64,000 nucleotides of DNA from Scenedesmus sp. PABB004 (lineage: Eukaryota), in NCBI GenBank assembly GCA_014905635.1, contig JABVCE010000020.1, positions 124,001-188,000 on the forward strand, read 5' to 3'. The notes below the pieces were generated by a model, which saw only the letters and a program-made list of their open reading frames with translations, was not told the origin of the DNA and searched no databases. Position 1 is the stretch's first letter; each line of letters starts with the position of its first letter. Shown here one piece after another: positions 36,448 to 48,662 of this stretch. The translations under genes and the position numbers were made by a program.

Positions 36448-36721
36448 AGGCGTCTGCCCCGCCGGCACCGGCGGCGAGGGCTGCCTGCCGTGCGAGGCCG
36501 GGACGTGGTCGCCGGGCGGGCCCGCCGGCGCGCCGTGCCGGGCCTGCCCCGCGGCGCCGCTGTGCGACCGGCTGCCCATGCCCTGCGAGCGCGCGCCGGG
36601 CTGCGACGCCGCGACCGGCAAGCCCGAGTCGGGCTGCTTCGTGGACAAGGACGACGGCGCGGAGTGCACCGACCAGCCGGGCACGTGCCGGGCCGGGAAG
36701 TGCGTGCCGCCCTCGCCCTAG
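34263..36721 (+). CDS. Secreted Cys-rich repeat protein (four GCC2/GCC3-like + disintegrin-like modules), multi-exon
   Basis: Signal MARGAALALALALAVAVAAAQ; repeated CxxGxGGxxCxPCxxGxW/FS...CxxCP...C...PCE..P.CD...C. Confidence 0.8.
36379..36446. repeat. Intronic (gcc)n trinucleotide run ending at the acceptor
   Basis: About 22 units followed by gcag|. Confidence 0.95.
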
Positions 36722-37362
36722 CTAGCGCGTGCGGCCGAGGGAGCGCTGTGCAACCAACAATATCAACCAGGGAGGGGATTGTCACTGTGGCGCCGCGCCG
36801 GGGGCGCGTGCGCCGCCACCAACAAACGCGGGGAGTTTTTGTGTGCGGTGGAGATGCATATTTTGCGAGCCCCGGGCGGCTGGGCATGGCCGAATTCTGT
36901 TGTCAGGTCGCGGGCGTGACCGAGTCAACTCGTTGACGGCGTCACCGGCCCGCCGCCGCCACGCCTCGCCTGCGCGCGAAAGCAGCCGGCCCTGCACCGG
37001 CGCCAGCTCAGGCGCGCAGCGGCCGCCGCGGGCGGCCGCCGCGGGCGGGCGCCGCGGGCGGCCGCCCCGGCGCTGGCGGCAGCTGGCGAGCGCAGCCGCG
37101 CTTCCGGCCCGCCGCCGCCGCCGCCGCCAGCTCCGCGCAGCTCCGCCGACGCGCGCCCATTTGTGCACACGCTGCCGAAGCTGCCAGCGGCCACAAAACC
37201 AATCTACGCACGCGCGACGCCAGCACCCTCGCATCGCCGCGCCTCGCTCTTCGCTCGCCGCGCGCCTGCCCGCCCAGCCTGCCCAGCGCTTGTGCCCAGT
37301 GCTGATTGATCCTTAACGTGCACCTCCGCGCCTTCACGTGCCGTGTACAAGGCGCCCGCAGC

Positions 37363-38809
37363 ATGGCGCGCTCTCGCCGGTCGCTCGCCGCGCTGGCGAT
37401 GCTGGCGGCCCTAGCGGTCGCGCAGGCAACCAGCCCCATGGGTGCGGCGCGCACGCTCGCGATCTGCAGCGGCGACTCTGCGGCGGCACCGCCGCGGCGG
37501 CAGCAGCGGCGCGCGGGTGCCGCCGCTGCTGCTCGCCGCCCTCTCTCACCGCCGGCCTCGCCGCCGCGCAGCCTGCGTCGCCGGCACGGGCGGCCCCAGC
37601 TGCGAGCCCTGCGCGCCGGGCACGTTTTCGCTGGGCGGCAGCACGGCGCCGTGCCAGGCGTGCCCGCCGCAGGCGATGTGCATGAAGATGTGAGTGGCGC
37701 CACAGGGGGGCAGGGGCGTTGTTGCAAAGGCCGTTGCAGGGGCGGCCAGCGGCTCCCCCAGCTCGGCCAGCTCGGCCAGCTCGGCGAGCTTGGCCGGCTC
37801 GGCCAGCTCGGCCAGCTCGGCCAACTCGGCCAGCTCGGCCAGAGCCCCCACAGCAGCCGCCGCGCCCGCGCCTGCAGGCCCGGGCCCTGTGACATGGCCC
37901 CCCCGTGCGACGCGAAGACCGCCGCGCCCACGGGCATGTGCTACGTGGTGCGCCGGCGGCGCCCGCCATGCGGCGCGCCGCGCGCGCGCGCGCCCGCCAC
38001 GCCGCGCCGCCGCCGAGCGTATCGCCCTGCGCCGCGCCTGCTGCCGCCGCAGCCCAAGAAGGATGGCGCCGCGTGCGCGCCCGACGTGCCCGGCGACCGC
38101 CCGCTGCCCGCGGGCGCGCCCGTGACGCACGCCTGCCGCGCGGGCGCGTGCGTGGCCGCGGCGCCCGCGCCCAAGCCCGCCGCCAAGTGCCCCACGGTCG
38201 CGATGTGCCGCCGCATGTGAGCTTCCGCTGGGGCGGCGGCGCCGCAGCGCGGGGGCCGGGCGCGGGGCGCCCCGCGTGACGCGCCGCGCCGCGCCGCCCG
38301 CGCCGCGCAGGCCCACGCCGTGCGAGGCGGCGCCCGCGTGCGACGCCGCGGGCCGGCCGCTGTCCAAGTGCTGGGTCGCGAAGAAGGAGCTGGCCGCGTG
38401 CACGCCCGGCACGGGCGCGGCAGGCACGCACGTGTGTGTCAAGGGGGCGTGCATCCCGCAGGCCCAGGCGCCGCAGATTCAGCCGACCGGCCCCATGGTG
38501 GCGCTGCCGCAGGTCCTGCCGCAGATTCAGCCGACCGGCCCCATGGTGATGCTGCCGCAGATCCTGCCGCAGATCCAGCCGACCGGCCCGGTCGCCACGC
38601 CGGCGCGGCCGGCGGCCGGCGCGGCGTCGCCGTGCGCGCCGCCGATGTGCCGCATGGCCCGCGGGCCCTGCGACGTCGCGCCGCCGTGCGACGCGAGCGG
38701 CAGGCCGACCTCGATGTGCTGGGTCGCCGCGCCCGAAGGTGCTCGGTGCTCGGTCGGCGGCGTGGCCGGCACGTGCAAGGAGCGCGTGTGCGTGCCGAGC
38801 AAGCCCTGA
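37363..38809 (+). CDS. Secreted Cys-rich repeat protein, paralogue of 34263-36721
   Basis: Signal MARSRRSLAALAMLAALAVAQA; CVAGTGGPSCEPCAPGTFS; three MC...PCD/E.AP.CDA..G.P..C modules; 48-bp repeat encoding PQIQPTGPMVxLPQxL. Confidence 0.8.
37760..37841. repeat. Intronic 9-bp tandem repeat (cagctcggc)n
   Basis: About 9 units between AT|gtgagt and ctgcag|. Confidence 0.9.
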
Positions 38810-39110
38810 GCCGCCCTGGGCGAGGCTGCCGAGCGCGCGCGCTGGCCGCGCCTGGCGCCAGCAACGCACGAGCGCCGTGAGTTTGCACGCAACGCATGAG
38901 CTAAACACCACTTTGCAGCTGCTGCTGGCTGAGTTGAGAGCTAGTGAGCTCTGGGGGCAGCAAGGCGCGCGCGTCCCGTGACGCCGCGGCGCCCCTCCCC
39001 GTCCCCCGCTGATCGGCTGGCGCACGCGGCGCGTCGTGGAGCATTCAGTCTTGGTAACCACTCGTTACCCGCGCGTGCGCGCCGGCTCGCTCGCCGCCGC
39101 TGGGCCGCGG

Positions 39111-42100
39111 TCACTCGAACCAGCGCTTCATCAGGCTCGCGCCCTGCTGCTGCTGCTGCTGCTGCTGCGCGGCGCGCGCGCCGCCCTTGCCGCCCTTGCC
39201 CTTGGCGGCGCCGTCGCCGGCGCCGCCGCCGTCGCCCCAGAGCTTGCTCTTGTATTCTGCGACCATCGCGTCCAGCCGCTCCTCCTGCGCGCGGCCGGGC
39301 TTGTGGCGCTTGCCCTTGCCCTCGCCCGCCGGCGCCGCGTCGCCGGCGGCGCCGCGCGGCGCGGGCCCGGGGCGATCGCCGTCCGCCGCGAGCCGGTCCA
39401 GCTCCGCGTCGGCGCGCCGCTTGCGGCTGGCCGCTGCCGCCTCCTGCGCCGCGGCCGCCTGCTGCCGTGACGCGCGCGCCGCTGCGGTGGCCGCCTTGGC
39501 TGCCGCCGCGGCGGCCGCCGCCGCGGCCGCGCTGGCCGCGGCGGCCTTGCGCGCCGACTTGGCGGCCGGCGCGGCCGCCTGCTGCTGCCTGCCCTGCTGC
39601 TGCCTCACCGCGCCCTGCGCCTGCTGCTGCTGCGCCGCCGCCGCCGCCTGCGGCTGCTTGCGGGGCTGCCCGTTGGCCTGCGCCAGCTTGGCCGCGCGCC
39701 GCTCCTTCTCTTTCTGACGCTTGACCTGCCGCTTCGACAGCGCCGCGCCCGCGCCGTCCGCCGCCTGCGGGCTCGCCGACGCGGGCTCGCCGCCGGCCGG
39801 CTGCTCCGCGCCGCCCGCGCCCCGCGGCCGCCGCTGCGCCGCGCCGGCCGGCACGGCGGCGGCGCCGCCGCGCCCGCCCTCAGCCTCGCCGTCGCCGCGC
39901 GCCGCAGCCGCCGCGGCGGCGCCGCCGCCGGCGTCGCCGCCGGTCGCGGCGCTGCGCTCGGCCTTCTTCTGCGCCGCGGCGGCGCGCTGTGCGGCGAGCT
40001 TGTCCTCGCGCGCGCGCAGCACCTTGACGTTGTCCACCGCAAACTCCACGATCGGGCGCCGCTCCGCGCTGAGCGGCGCGGGCGCGGCGCGTGGGCGCGC
40101 GGTGTGTGCGTGCGCGGCGCGCGAGCGCGGGCGGCGCGGACCGGGCGGCGCGGGCCGGGCTGCGTCGGCGCGGCGCACGGCGCGTGTCGCGCGGCGCGGC
40201 GGCGCACCTGCCAAACGCGGTGGGGTTGTTGTTGAGCTGCCGCAGCGCCGCGAGCGCGTGCGAGTGGTCACCAAACTCGACAAAGCCAAAGCCGCGGCTG
40301 CGGCCGCCCGGGTGGCCGCCCGGGTCGGGGCGCTCCGGGTCGCGCAGCAGCTTGACCTGCGCCCGGCGGCGAGCGGCGCGCGGCGCTCGGCCGCAGTGCC
40401 CGGGCGCGCGGCCGCCGGCGTGCGGGCGCGGCGCGCGGCGCTCGGGCGCGGCCGCCAGCGCGCGAGCCAGCGCGCGGGTGCGGCTCGCGGGCGCCGCCGC
40501 CGGCGGGTCGCGCCTGCTTGACGACCGGGTTCTCCTTGGTCGCGCGCTCCTTGACGCCCCGCACAAACGCGGCGCGCAGCTTGGCCTCGTCCCAGGCGGC
40601 CGGGATGTTGCGCACGGCGAGGCGCGTCGTGGAGACCTGGCGGGGGGAGCGGCGCGCGGGCGGCGCGCGGCGTGGGCTGCCTGTGCCCCCCCCCCCCCCC
40701 ACACACGCGCCCACACGCCCGCCCGCCCCGCCGCGCACCGCAAAGTTGGGCGACTTGAGCTTTTGGTTCTTCTCCTCCGCCGCCCGCTTGCGCTTGCGCC
40801 TGCGCACCGCGCCCCCGCGGCCGCGGCCGGTCAGCGCGGCGCCGCAGGCGCGCGCGCCGCCGCGCGCAGGCCGCGGCGGCGGCAGCCGGCCGGGCACTCA
40901 GGCGCCCGCGCGCACGCAGGCACACACACAGGCATAGGCACACAGGCAGACGCACACGCACCTGTCGTTGTCGCTGAGCGCCGCCCACTGGGCGCTGCCC
41001 TCCTCGATCACGCCCTCTTTGATTAGGTACAGGTTGCGCCGGTCGGCCCGCCCGCCGGCGCCCTGCACGCCGCCGCCGCCGCCGCCGCCGCGCGCGCCGG
41101 CGTGCTCCGCGCCGAGCGCGCGCGCGGCGTCCTGCGAGAGCGCGAGGTCGACCGACAGTGCCGCGCCGCGCAGCGACACGCCGGGGCCCTTGCCCGCGCG
41201 GCCGCGCGCGGACGCCGCTGCCGCCGCCGCCGCGCCCTCGGGGGCCCGGAACTCGACAAACGCCGTGCCCTTGGGCCGCCCCGTGGTCTTGTCGATCACC
41301 AGCCGGCACGCCTTCACGGGGCCAAAGCGCTCGAAGCGCGCCTGCGCGGCGGCGGTAGTGGCGGACGCGCGGCGCGCGGGGCGCGTGAGCAAGGCAGGCG
41401 CGTGAGCGAGGCAGGCGCGAAGCCCAGGCGCGCGCGCACGGCGCCCGGCGTGCAGCGCCGCGCGCCGCGCCTGCAGCTCCTGGCTGGTGGTGTCGAGGCC
41501 CACACCGCGCACAAACACAGTGCACGCCACCGCGCGGTCGCCGCCGGCGCGGGCGCCGCCGGGCGCGCCGTCCTTGGCGCCGGCGGCGGCCGCCTTGCCG
41601 GGCGCCGCGCCCGCCTGCTGCTTGCCCGCCGTCTGCTTGCCCGGCGCCGGCGCCCCCGGCGCCTGCTGCTGCTGCTCCTGCTCCGCCAGCACCGCGTCGA
41701 GCGCCGACGCCAGCACGCCGTGCTCCGCTGCAAAGTCGTCGCCGTCGCCGTCGCTGCCGCTGCTGCCGTCCTCCTCCAGCTCGCTGCCGCTGCCGCCCTC
41801 CTCCTCGACCGAGCCCTCCTCCTCGGAGCCGGACAGCTCGCCGGAGGGCTCGCCGCTGTCGTCTCGTCGCCGCTGTCGTCTCGCCTCGTCCCAGGCGCCC
41901 GCCTCCTCCTCCGACCCCAGCTCGGAGCCCTCCTCCTCCTCCTCCTCCTCCTCCTCCTCCTCCTCCTCCTCCTCCTCCTCCTCCTCCTCCTCCTCGTCCT
42001 CCCCCTCACTGCCGCTGCCGCCGCCGCCGCCGGCAGCGAGGCCCGCGTCGCCGCCGCCCGCCGCCGCCGCGGCCGCGGCCGCGGCCGCCGGCGCGCCGCC

Positions 42101-43934
42101 GGGCGCGCCCGCCGCGGCCGCGTAAGCCTCCTTCCCGAGCGCCCAGTCAGCCGCGACGGGGCGCTTGCGCACGGGCTGGCCGTTGGCCGCCGCGAGCGCC
42201 CGGGAGGCCTCGGGGTATGACGTGAACGACGCAAAGGCAAAGCCGCGCGGCCGGCCGTCGGCGCCGCGCGGCAGCGCCACCTCCCACACAAAAACGCCGC
42301 TCGGCGCAAAGAGCTTGCGCACGTCGGCCTCGGTCGCCTGCGCGGCACGGCGGGCGGCGCGGCACGGCACGGCGGGGGTGGGTGGCGCGCGGCGGCTGCG
42401 GCCGCCGGCGCCGGCGCGCACGGCCGGGCCGCCGCCGGCGCCCGCCGCACCCCAGGGCAGCGCGCCCCGCCCCCTCGACCCCCACACCTGGAATGGCAGG
42501 TTGCGGAGGATCAGGCGCCACTTCTTGACCAGCGCGCCCTCGCCCGACACGCAGCGCGCCCACAGCGTCGTCGCGCCGCCCTCGCCCGCGGCCGCGGCCG
42601 CCGCGGCGGCGGCCGCCTGCTGCTGCTGCTTCAGCGCGCGCGCCGCCGCCTTGGCCGCCTTGCCGCCCGCCGCCTTGCGCTGCTTGCCTGGCGCGGCGCC
42701 CGCGGCCGCCGCCGCGACCGCCGCGGCCGCCTCGGCCGCCGCTGCGTCGGCCGGCGAGACCACGCGGCCGTGCAGCTGCGTCACCGCGTGCGCGGCCTCC
42801 TTGACCTGCGCTTGGCGGCGGCGCTCAGGGTTGGCGCCCGCCGCGGCGCCCGCCCAGCGCAGCGCAGCACAGCGCAGCAACCCCTCGCGCCCGGCTGGCC
42901 CGCCGCCCACCCCGCGCGGCGCCCACCGAGGCGAAAACGCAGAACGCGACCTCGCCGCTGCAGCCGTCCTGCGCGAGGTGCGCGCGCGCCACCACGTCCG
43001 CTGGCGGCGGGCGCAGCACCTCCAGCAGCCCGCCCGCGCCGGCCGCCAGCGACAGCGCGTGCTCCGCGACCTCCGGCGTCAGCCCGCCCAGCGCAACGGT
43101 GCGCACCCACTTGTGCTTGTCCGCCGCCGCGCCCGCCGCGCAGCCGCCGCGCGGCGCCGCCTCCGGGCCGCGCTTGGGGCGCTTGGCGGCGGGCGCCGCG
43201 GCGCCGTCCGCGGCCGCGAGCGCCGCCGCGACGGCCCGCCCGCCCTTGCCGCCGCGCGCCGGCGCGCCATCGCCGCCGTCCTCGCCGTCGCCGCTGCCCG
43301 GCTCGCCCTCGCCATCGCCGGCCGCCTCGGCGGCGCCGCGCTTGCGCTGCTTGCGCTCCTGCAGCGGCGCGCGCTTCTGGGCGTGCTCGACCTGCGGCGG
43401 CGCGGCGTTCGGGGCGCGCCCGGTCGGCGGCGGCGGAGGCGGAGGCTGCGGCGCCCGCGGCGCGCGCCGCGCGGCCCCACGCGGGGCGCAGGGGCCTGGC
43501 CAGCGAGCCCGCGGGGTGCGCGCCGGCGTCGCGCGGCGGCGCGCCCGGCGCCGCGCGCAGCCGCCGGCGGCAGCAGCGGCGCGCCGGCGGTGGCGGCTGC
43601 CGCGCCCGGCGCCCGCGGCGCGCCCGCGCCGAGCGTCAGGCGTGGCCGGACCGCGCCGGACCTTGATGCGCCGCCCGCCGAGGTCCCTGCCGTTCAGCTC
43701 CTCCACCGCGCGGGCGGCGTCCTCCGGGATGGCGTACTGCACGAACGCGATGCCCCGGTGCCGCGTCGCGCCCTTGGGCGTGACCAGGAACGCCTGGCGA
43801 ACGGGGCCGAGCTCGCCGAACAGCGCCTCCAGCGCGGGGCCGTCCACATCGAAGGCCACGTTGCGCACAAAGAGCGTGCGCGCGTCCCTGTCGCCCTCCC
43901 CGCCCCCGCCGGGTGCGCCGTCGCTGCGAGCCAT
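39111..43934 (-). CDS. RBM28: RNA-binding protein 28 / Nop4 (multi-RRM nucleolar protein)
   Basis: TLFVRNV..RGIAFVQY; KKWRLILRNLPFQ..RGFAF; poly-Glu tract; TVFVRG..GRPKGTAFVEF; DRRNLYLIKEG; KLKSPNFA|VSTTRLAVRNIP; SRGFGFVEF..HALAALRQLNNNP; RPIVEFA; ends MKRWFE*. Confidence 0.93.
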
Positions 43935-44544
43935 CGCGCCTGCGACGCCGCGCGCTGCTGTGCCGGCGCCGCGGGCGCGCCGCCGGCACGTGCCGCTGCT
44001 CCGCCGCTGCGCCGCGTGCCCGAAAACCGCGGCGGCGCAGCGGGGTCCCGGGGTGGTGTCGGCTGCCGTCACGCCGCGCGGTCAGGCAGACGAGCGCCCG
44101 CCACGCGTTCAGCGAGCCCGTTTGGCGCGGCGCCACGCGCGAACGCTCGAACATCAGCAGCATGCTCGCCGGCTGAGCAGCAGCAGGCCCCAGCGCGTGG
44201 ACGTGCGGGACGTGGCCGATCGAAGCGACCAGGCGCGGGCGCAGGCCGCTTCGCTGGCGGGACGCGCGAGGTGCGGCAGCGCGCGCGAAAGGGGGCCTTC
44301 CAGGCGCCCGCCCCGGCCCTGGCGCGCTGCGGGGCGCTCGCCAGCGTGCTTGCGGTGCCGGCTCTCTCCATGGCGGGGGGCCAGGCGTGGCGCCGGGGCC
44401 GCGGGCGGTGTCGCGGGCGCTGTTCTGCATGATGCGGCCACGGCCCGCGCGCGCCCGGCGCCTGATCGCCCCTGCGCGCGGCCTCACGCCCGGCCCGCCT
44501 GGCCCTCCCTGACCCTCCGCCTCGCCACGCCGCGCCGGCGACAG

Positions 44545-45836
44545 ATGGCGGACCGGGAGGCGCTGCTGAACCAGATGAACGGGGCCGCCGAGTACGGCCG
44601 CGTCCACATGCCCGCGCTCTGGGCCGAGGGGGGCCCCACCTTCCTGCAGCTCCGCGGCGGCGGCGGCGAGCCCGCGATGGGCGCGCAGCACGGCGGCGCC
44701 CCGTGGGCGGGTGCCCCGCCGCACGCGGCCAACGGCGCCGGCGCGCCGCTGCAGCACCCGCACCCGCAGCAGCAGCACGGCTTCGGCGCGCCACCGCCGC
44801 CGCCGCCGCCGGGCAGCGCGGCGCGCTCGCCGCCCTCGGACGACACCGCGGGCGCCAGCAGCGACCAGCAGGGCGGCCGCAAGGCCGCCGCGGCGGCGGG
44901 CAAGCCCTGGGGCGCGCGCGCCGCCGGCAAGCAGCTCGGCGGGCCGCCGGCAGGCAACGGCGCCGGGCCGCCGGCAGCCAACGGCGACGCGCTGGGCAAC
45001 GGCTTCCATCCGTCCCAGCTCATCCCGGCCTGGCGCAGCGCGGGCGCCAACGGCGCGGCGGCGGCGTTCCACCCGCAGGCGCAGCAGCAGGCGCAGGCGC
45101 AGGCGCAGCAGCAGGCGCAGCAGGCGCAGGCGCAGCAGCCGGGCGGCGCGCACGCGCGCGGCGCGGCGCGCGGCGGCTGGGAGGTGCAGGACGCGCTCGG
45201 CCTGCTGCCGTCTGGCCTGCTGGACGACGTGTATGACCAGGGAGACGCGGTGGTCGAGGCGCCCTTCATGCCCGGCCCCGGCGCGGGCCTGAGCCTGGGC
45301 GGCAAGGCCGGCCGGCCGCAGCAGCCCGCGCCGCCGGGCGCGAAGCAGCAGGCGCCGCCGCCGCCGGCGCGGCCCGCGGCGCAGCAGCCGCCCGTGCCGC
45401 CGGCGCTGGGCCTCGCCCGCTGCGGCGGCGCGGCGCAGCTGGACGGGCCGGGCGCGTTGGGCTCGCCGCCGCGCGCGGCGGGCCTGGGCGGCCTCGTGGC
45501 CTTTGAGCAGCCCGGCGGCGTGGACCTGACGAGTCCCGTGGGCAGGCTGCAGCACCAGCGCGCGGCGCTCGACGCGCTCGTCGACCAGCAGCAGGCCGCG
45601 GCGCAGGCGCAGGCCGCGGCGCAGGCGCAGGCGCAGCAATTCCTGCTGCTCCAGCAGCAGGCGCGGCTCTACCAGCGCCAGGCGGCGGCGCAGGCGCAGC
45701 AGGAAGCGCACGCCGCGCAGCAGCAGCAGCAGGCGCAGCAGCAGGCTCACCACCAGGCGCAGTACGACAGCATGGGCGGTGCCGCCTGGGGCGGGCCGGC
45801 GCCGCTGGGCTACCCGTTTGCGCCGGGCATGGCGGT

Positions 45837-45868
<32 letters not shown>

Positions 45869-48130
45869 GCGACGCGGCGCCGGGCGGCCCGGGCCCCGGC
45901 CGCGGAGCGGCGCCGCCTGAGCTCGCGCCGGGCGCGCAGCCGCTGCAGCACGCGCCGGGGCCGGAGGCCGCGCCGGGCAGGCTGGGCTACGCGGCGGTCG
46001 CGGTCGCGGCGGCGCCGGGCGCCCAGGCGGGCGGCGGCGCGCCGGCCCTGCAGCCGCAGGCGCCGCCGCTCTTCCAGGGCGCCGCGCTCGACAGCCCCGT
46101 GGCGCCGCTGTCGCCGTACCCGAGCCCGATGCACCGCAGCCTGTCCGGCGCGAGCGCCGGCGCGTCGCCGGCCGCGCTCTGCGCGCTCGGCGGCGGCCTG
46201 CAGCCGGGCGGCATCCCGCCGTTCCACCTGCCGCCCCCGGCAGTCGGGGTGATTGGCAGCCACGGGCCGGCGCGGCACGCGGCGGCGTCGGGGCAGCCGC
46301 TCGCGCCGTGGTCGACGTTCGGCGCGCCCGGCGACGCGGCGGCGGCCGAGGAGGCGGCGCGGCTGCAGATGCAGGGCCTGGCGCTGCCGGGCGGCGCGGC
46401 GGGGCCGGCGGCCGACGGCAGCACGTGCTCCGCCGCATCGTCCGCGACGGCGCCGACCGCGACGTCGGTGGCCTCGACGCCGCACAGCCAGCAGGCGGAG
46501 AGCAGCAGCCCGCCGGCGCCGGCGTCGCCGCCCGACGCGGGCGCGCAGCTGGGGCCGGCGCAGCGCGGCGAGGCGCGCGGCAGCCCCGCGGCGGGCGGCG
46601 GCGCGGCAGCCGCGCCGGCGTCGCCGCCGGCGGCGCCGGCGCCAGCCAAGCCCCTCACGTGGGCACAGAAGCTGCTGGCGGCCAAGACCGCGGCCGCGGC
46701 GACGGGCGGCGGCGCCGCCGCGCCCGCGCCCGCGGCCGCGCCGGCCGGCGGGCACGGCCCGCGCATCGCCGCCGCGCCGCGCAGCGAGGCGGCCGGCCCG
46801 CCGCCGGCCGCGCCGGCCGGCGGCAAGGGCGGGCAGCACCGCAGCACCGGGCAGGCGCTGCTCGCGGCGGCCAAGGACGAGGCGGCCGCGGCGGAGGCGG
46901 CGGCCGAGGCCGCCGCGCTCGAGGGCGTCGACGCCGCGGCGTCCAAGGCGGCCGCCGCGACGGCTGCGGGGCGCATGCCGCTGCCCGCGAAGCTCATCGC
47001 CGCGTGGCGCAGCGGGCTGTGCCTGTCGAGCCTGGTCAAGCTGCTGCAGGCGTCACGGCCCGACCTCGCGGGCGCGCTGAACGAGCGCATCAAGGGCTGG
47101 CTCCTCCAGGACTGCGACCGCGCCACCGCGGAGTGCCTCGTGCTCTTTGTGCTGGTCAACCTCCGCCGCGACTGGCAGAGCTGCGCCAAGAATCCTGGCG
47201 CCTTCCTCATGGGCCTGCTGCAGCACCGCGCCGGCGTCATCGCGGGCGCGGGCCTCGCGCGCAAGCTGCTCGACACCGCGCGCCACACGCCCAACGTCGC
47301 CGTCTACATCGACAGCGACGTCCTGCAGGTCCGCGCGCGACACCCGCGCCGTGCCGTGCTGCGCGCTGCCGCTCTGCGCCGCGCCCCGCGCGCCGCGCCG
47401 CGCCGTGCTGTGCGCCACGCCGCCCTCGTGGCGCCGCCGCGCCGACGCCGCGGCGCCTCAACCCCGCCGCGCGCGTGCGCGCAGGAGCTGGCCGACATGG
47501 AGGCGCCGCTGCGTGTGTTCATAATGGACGAGTACATGACCAAGCAGCGCCACGACTGGCCCACGGGGCTCAAGTTCCCCAGCCAGTGCCTGCTCTCGTG
47601 CATGCGCAGCATCAGGCGCGCGCCTGCTTGCCACGCCGCGCCGGCCCCGCGCCTGCTCGCGCCCGCGCCTGCGCACGCGCGCCGGCCCTGCACCCCGCCG
47701 CGCCGCCGAGGCCCCCTCACCCGCGCCCCGCGCCGCCCCGCGCCGCCGCGCAGGTACGCCGACCCCGCCGTGCACCGCGCGTACGCGGGCCTGATGGCGT
47801 CGCGGCCCGACCTTGCGCCCGCGATGAACGGCGTCATCCTCTACGGCCTCTGCAAGGCCGACGCGGCGACGGGGCTGTCCGCAGTGCGGCGCCTCGGGGA
47901 GCTGCCCGAGGAGTGGACCGCCGCGGCGCGCGTCAACGCGAGCGCCTTCCTGTACCAAAAGGCGCGGGCGCCGGGGGCTGGAGGCGGGCGCGGGGGCGGT
48001 GGGGCGGGGTGGGGAGGGCAGCGGCAGGGAGCGCGCGCGCCCCGCGCGCGCGCGCGCCCGCGCCCGACGCGCGCCGCGCGCCGTGCGCGTCGCCCAGGTG
48101 CAAGAGCTGTGCGGCGGCGGCCACTACTGA
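44545..48130 (+). CDS. Large Q/P/A/G low-complexity protein with three C-terminal helical repeats
   Basis: Long open exon from MADREALLNQM; spliced C-terminus containing KNPGAFLMG, KFPSQCLLS, VNASAFLYQK|VQELCGGGHY*; start could lie in an upstream exon. Confidence 0.7.
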
Positions 48131-48662
48131 GGCGGCGCGGGCGCAGCGGGCGGGCAGCGGACGCTGGCGCGGCGGCGCGTTTTGATTAGAGGCGTGGCTT
48201 GCCGCTCGGAGGGAGGGCTTTTGTTTCCACCGGCCGCCGTAGCCCTTGTCCTAGGCGCGCGCCGTTCAAGGCGCCGCGCACTTCCGTGCACATCCACTGC
48301 ACACCAAGGGGAGGAGCAGAGCGGGAAGGGACGAGGCGGTTGCGCTTTAGTCGTCGGCGGCGCGCCGACTCCGTTCGTGTAAACCGCGCGCTTGCCGCTG
48401 GCTGGTCGCACCCGGCGACGGCGTGCCTTTCGATCTCGCGACGGCACACCCCCTCAGGCCCACAGCTTGCGCAGCAGCGGCGACGGCCGGGTCGTGCGGG
48501 CGCAGGGAGCAGGCCGAAAGCTTCTCAAGCGCGATTCACATAGCCGACGCTGCCCCGTACCCGCTCGTCCCGGCGCCGGGGTGCGTGGGCCCCGCGCGGC
48601 GGCGGTGGGCGCCGGGCATCAGCGGCGCGCCGCCGCCGGCCGCCTCTGCGCGAGCGGGGCCC

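Noticed and set aside
41930..41998. (tcc)n repeat as a separate element
   Set aside because: It encodes the ordinary acidic poly-Glu tract of RBM28
43099..48189. 1696-aa ORF, and the many long overlapping R/A/P/G-rich ORFs in the track
   Set aside because: Stop-codon scarcity at extreme GC; this ORF fuses antisense RBM28, intergenic DNA and read-through introns
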